DNA of 64,000 nucleotides from Eledone cirrhosa (Eukaryota). The DNA is taken from contig OZ024765.1 in assembly GCA_964016885.1 (NCBI GenBank), positions 20,770,001-20,834,000 on the forward strand. Reading direction: 5' to 3'. Shown here in pieces: positions 60,243 through 64,000 of this stretch. Position 1 is the first letter of the stretch; every line of letters begins with the position of its first letter. Position numbers and translations under genes: made by a program. The notes below the pieces were generated by a model. It worked only from the letters and a program-made list of their open reading frames with translations, was not told the DNA's origin and did no database searches.

Positions 60243-61122
60243 CCATATATACACACATATATATACACATATATATATATATATCCATATATACACACAT
60301 ATATATATAATATATATATATATATATACATATATACACATATATATATATATATATATATACATATATATATACATATAAAGAATGAATAATAACAGGT
60401 AGACATCATAAAAAGGTAATTTATTCCGTGTGCTTACAAGTGTTTCCACGGTGGTACTGCAGCCTAGTTACGCTACGTGCAAATTCACAAGTACTTGCAG
60501 AACTCAAATATCCAATGCTGTGACCTCTGTTTCCGATAATCCTATACCTAATATATATATACATATATATATACATATATACATATACATATATATATAT
60601 ACATATATATATATACATATATATATACACATATATATATACACATATATATATACACATATATATATACACATATATATATACACATATATATATACAC
60701 ATATATATATACACATATATATATACATATACACATATGTATATACACATATACATATACATATATACATATACGTATATACACATATATATACATATAT
60801 ACATATACGTATATACACATATATATACATATACATATATACATATACATATATACACATATATATATATACATATACATATATACACATATATATATAT
60901 ACATATACATATATACACATATATATACATATACATATACATATATACACATATATATACATATACATATACATATATACACATATATATACATATACAT
61001 ATATACATATACACACATATATATACATATACATATACATATATACACATATATATACATATACATATACATATATATACATATACATACATATACATAT
61101 ATATACATATACAGATATATAC

Positions 61123-61153
<31 letters not shown>

Positions 61154-61747
61154 CATATAGATATATATACATATAGATATATATACATATAGATATATAT
61201 ACATATAGATATATACATATAGATATATACATATAGATATATACATATAGATATATACATATAGATATATACATATAGATATATACATATATACATATAC
61301 ATATATACATATATATATATACATATATACATATATATAGATATATACATATATACATATATATATATACATACAAACATATATACACATACATACATAC
61401 ATACATATACATACATATACACATATACATATACACACACACACATATACACACACATATATATACACACACACACATACACACACACACACACAGTTTT
61501 AATGGTAAATACAGCCATGTCTAACTGGTGTGTCAAACAACAATTGTAGACTGTGATAGGCTATCAAGATTCAATATTGTTGCTGTTGCTGTTGTTATTT
61601 GACAGAAATGCTGCATTTATCAATCACATAATCAATAGGTTTTCTGTAATTATTGTTAAGTTATCAATAACGAGGAACTGTTATAGATTATTTATAGATG
61701 TCAAATGTACGTATAATATGGTCGGCTTTGATCTTTTCATTATATAC

Positions 61748-61769
61748 ACACTGGAGTAATGTGAGATAT

Positions 61770-61813
<44 letters not shown>

Positions 61814-61837
61814 GTGGAGTAATGTGATATATATATG

Positions 61838-61887
<50 letters not shown>

Positions 61888-61897
61888 GTTGAGTAAT

Positions 61898-61937
<40 letters not shown>

Positions 61938-61950
61938 GTGGAGTAATGTG

Positions 61951-61981
<31 letters not shown>

Positions 61982-61995
61982 GTGGAGTAATGTTA
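61748..61995 (+). repeat. Five copies of CA(CA)GTGGAGTAATGTGA separated by (TA)n(CA)n
   Basis: Units near 61748, 61810, 61884, 61934 and 61978. Confidence 0.85.
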
Positions 61996-62007
61996 TATAT
62001 ATATATA

Positions 62008-62343
62008 TGGAGGCACATGGCTTAGTAGTTAGAGCATTGGCCTTGCAATCGAAAGGTTGTGAGTTCAATTCTCAGACCAGGTAATGTGTTGTTTCCTTGA
62101 GCAAGACACTTTATTTCACATTGCTCCAGTTTACTCAGCTGTAGAAATGAGATGATAGGGACTGGGGTCCCTATCATTCCACTGTAAAGTGGTTGTGGAG
62201 GTGCCACGGCAAAAAAGCACCCAGCACTCACTGTAAATGAGGTTGGTGTTAGGAAGGGCATCCAGCTGTAGAAATCAAGCCAGTATCAGTTCCCATCCCA
62301 CCCTTGCAAGCAGGGAAAAGCGGACGTAAAATGATGTTGATGA
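62008..62343 (+). mobile_element. SINE1, full length
   Basis: Colinear with 2446-2790. Confidence 0.9.
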
Positions 62344-62369
62344 TATATATATATATATATATATACATA

Positions 62370-62401
<32 letters not shown>

Positions 62402-62691
62402 GTAATAATAACAAATTCGAAGACTAAAATCCAAAGAGGGCTCGATAAGGATAAATATATATCAAATATATAAGAACCGTAGAGCAAATATTTATTAAAA
62501 TAACAGATTAAAGTTTAAGCAAAGAATATATATATATATGTATATATGTATATATAGTATATTTGTTTGTGTTTTCGTTCTGTCAGCATTGTATTATATT
62601 TTTTATACAACTGGATAAAGATAATGCTGTGCAGATAAGTATATAGGTCTGATTAGATGAGATACTAAAAACATATATATATATATATATA

Positions 62692-62751
62692 TTATCTGAT
62701 GAGAACGCAAATATCATCCCATGATATTTGTTTTTGAAATGCGCATAATAA
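62692..62751 (+). ncRNA. Minimal type-I hammerhead (PLE remnant to ~62880)
   Basis: TTAT CTGATGA gaacg CAAATATCAT ccc ATGATATTTG ttttt GAAA T GCGC A TA ATAA. Confidence 0.75.
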
Positions 62752-62876
62752 AATAGATGGAACTCTTTTAACCATCTTTTGATTTTATATTATTTATACT
62801 CCAGTCCTATAAACTGTTGAGTGCTACTTAACCGATATCTGCATTGCTTTATTGTGCTACAATAAAACTCACCTCC

Positions 62877-62923
<47 letters not shown>

Positions 62924-63367
62924 TTAGATAGATATACATATATACACAGATATATACATATATACACAGATATACTACATATATATATACAGATATACTA
63001 CATATATATATACAGATATACTACATATATATACAGATATACTACATATATATATATAGAGAGAGAGAGATATACACACATATATATGCATACACACACA
63101 CACATATATATATAGAGAGATATACACACATATGCATACACACACACATATATATATAGAGAGATATACACATATATATGCATACACACACACATATATA
63201 TAGAGAGAGATATACACACATGCATACACACACACACATATATATAGAGAGAGATATACACATATATATGCATACACACACATATATATAGAGAGATATA
63301 CACACATATATATATGCTTACACACACACATATATAGAGAGAGAGATATACACACATATATATGCAT

Positions 63368-63412
<45 letters not shown>

Positions 63413-63456
63413 GTATTTCTGTAGGAAGGGTAAAGGAGAGGCTACAGAGCTATTTA

Positions 63457-63608
63457 ATTATGTAATAAACAACATAAGACAATTATTCCATTTACCAAAG
63501 GTTTCACGAAGACAGACAAGCTCAACGGAGACGTTTCTGTTGAGCTTGTCTCTCTTTGTGAAACTTTTGGTAAATGGAATAATTGTCTTATGTTGTTTAT
63601 TACATAAT
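63457..63608. repeat. ~150-bp imperfect palindrome (inverted PLE pLTR, related to 30200-30265)
   Basis: Arms differ at 5 positions; the locus shares acagagctatttaatta and taccaaaggtttc with 30201-30263. Confidence 0.85.
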
Positions 63609-63629
63609 ATATATATATATATATATATA

Positions 63630-63854
63630 TAGATTTTGAGTATATGTTGGTTGTATACCAACACCTCAGTATGCAGGCTGGAGCACTCGACGAAGTGCGC
63701 AGGTTGGTTTGGTTACTCCGGAGTAATGTAAAATAAAGTAAAATAAATAAGTCAAATGTTTAAAATTTAGCCAAAGATGGCTGTCACCGAAATATATATA
63801 GCAGTAATAAACGAAGCTAAATTTTAAACATTTGACTTATTTATTTTACTTTAT

Positions 63855-63860
<6 letters not shown>
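63630..63860. mobile_element. Inverted pLTR pair of the 55994-56048 family, hammerhead 5'-truncated
   Basis: agccaaagatggctgtcaccGAAATATATATAGCAGTAATAAA at 63769-63811; 63730-63771 is the reverse complement of 63816-63857. Confidence 0.8.
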
Positions 63861-63905
<45 letters not shown>

Positions 63906-64000
63906 GTGAGGTTTTTTTTACAAATTGAAAAATAACCGAGGTGTTCTACACGAGTGAAAGTATAAAGAAAAAGTTCTTCTGCTTTTTAAAAGGTGAGTTG

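Noticed and set aside
56652-60449. 1265-aa protein fusing a repeat N-terminus to an RT (similarly 17923-19806 and 49937-51544)
   Set aside because: Artefact of a 5'-truncated LINE lying in frame with a stop-free TA array.

Overview
AT-rich animal genomic DNA, most likely an octopus/coleoid cephalopod (inferred from SINE types and the very large (TA)n load). The window lies almost entirely in the introns of a minus-strand WBP1/VOPP1-family membrane-protein gene; three phase-compatible exons were read by eye (32026-32204, 30002-30039, 197-271). The introns are (TA)n-derived arrays into which many non-LTR retroelements have inserted: four near-identical CR1-like LINE copies, a second CR1-like family, an intact-ORF RTE LINE with three C2H2 fingers, a decayed copy of it containing a 25-bp minisatellite expansion, RTE elements with a PHD finger inside the RT, bipartite non-autonomous RTE derivatives and tRNA-derived SINEs. 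Between these are many short Penelope-like (PLE) remnants that the ORF track misses. They carry about ten type-I hammerhead ribozyme motifs with recognisable cores plus several degenerate ones, with family-specific stem-III palindromes, U3-A8 core variants and large stem-II inserts. The other main observations are a covarying 5'UTR-3'UTR duplex in two RTE subfamilies and a window-wide strand polarity of the microsatellite interruptions. All structures were folded by eye and no searches were run.
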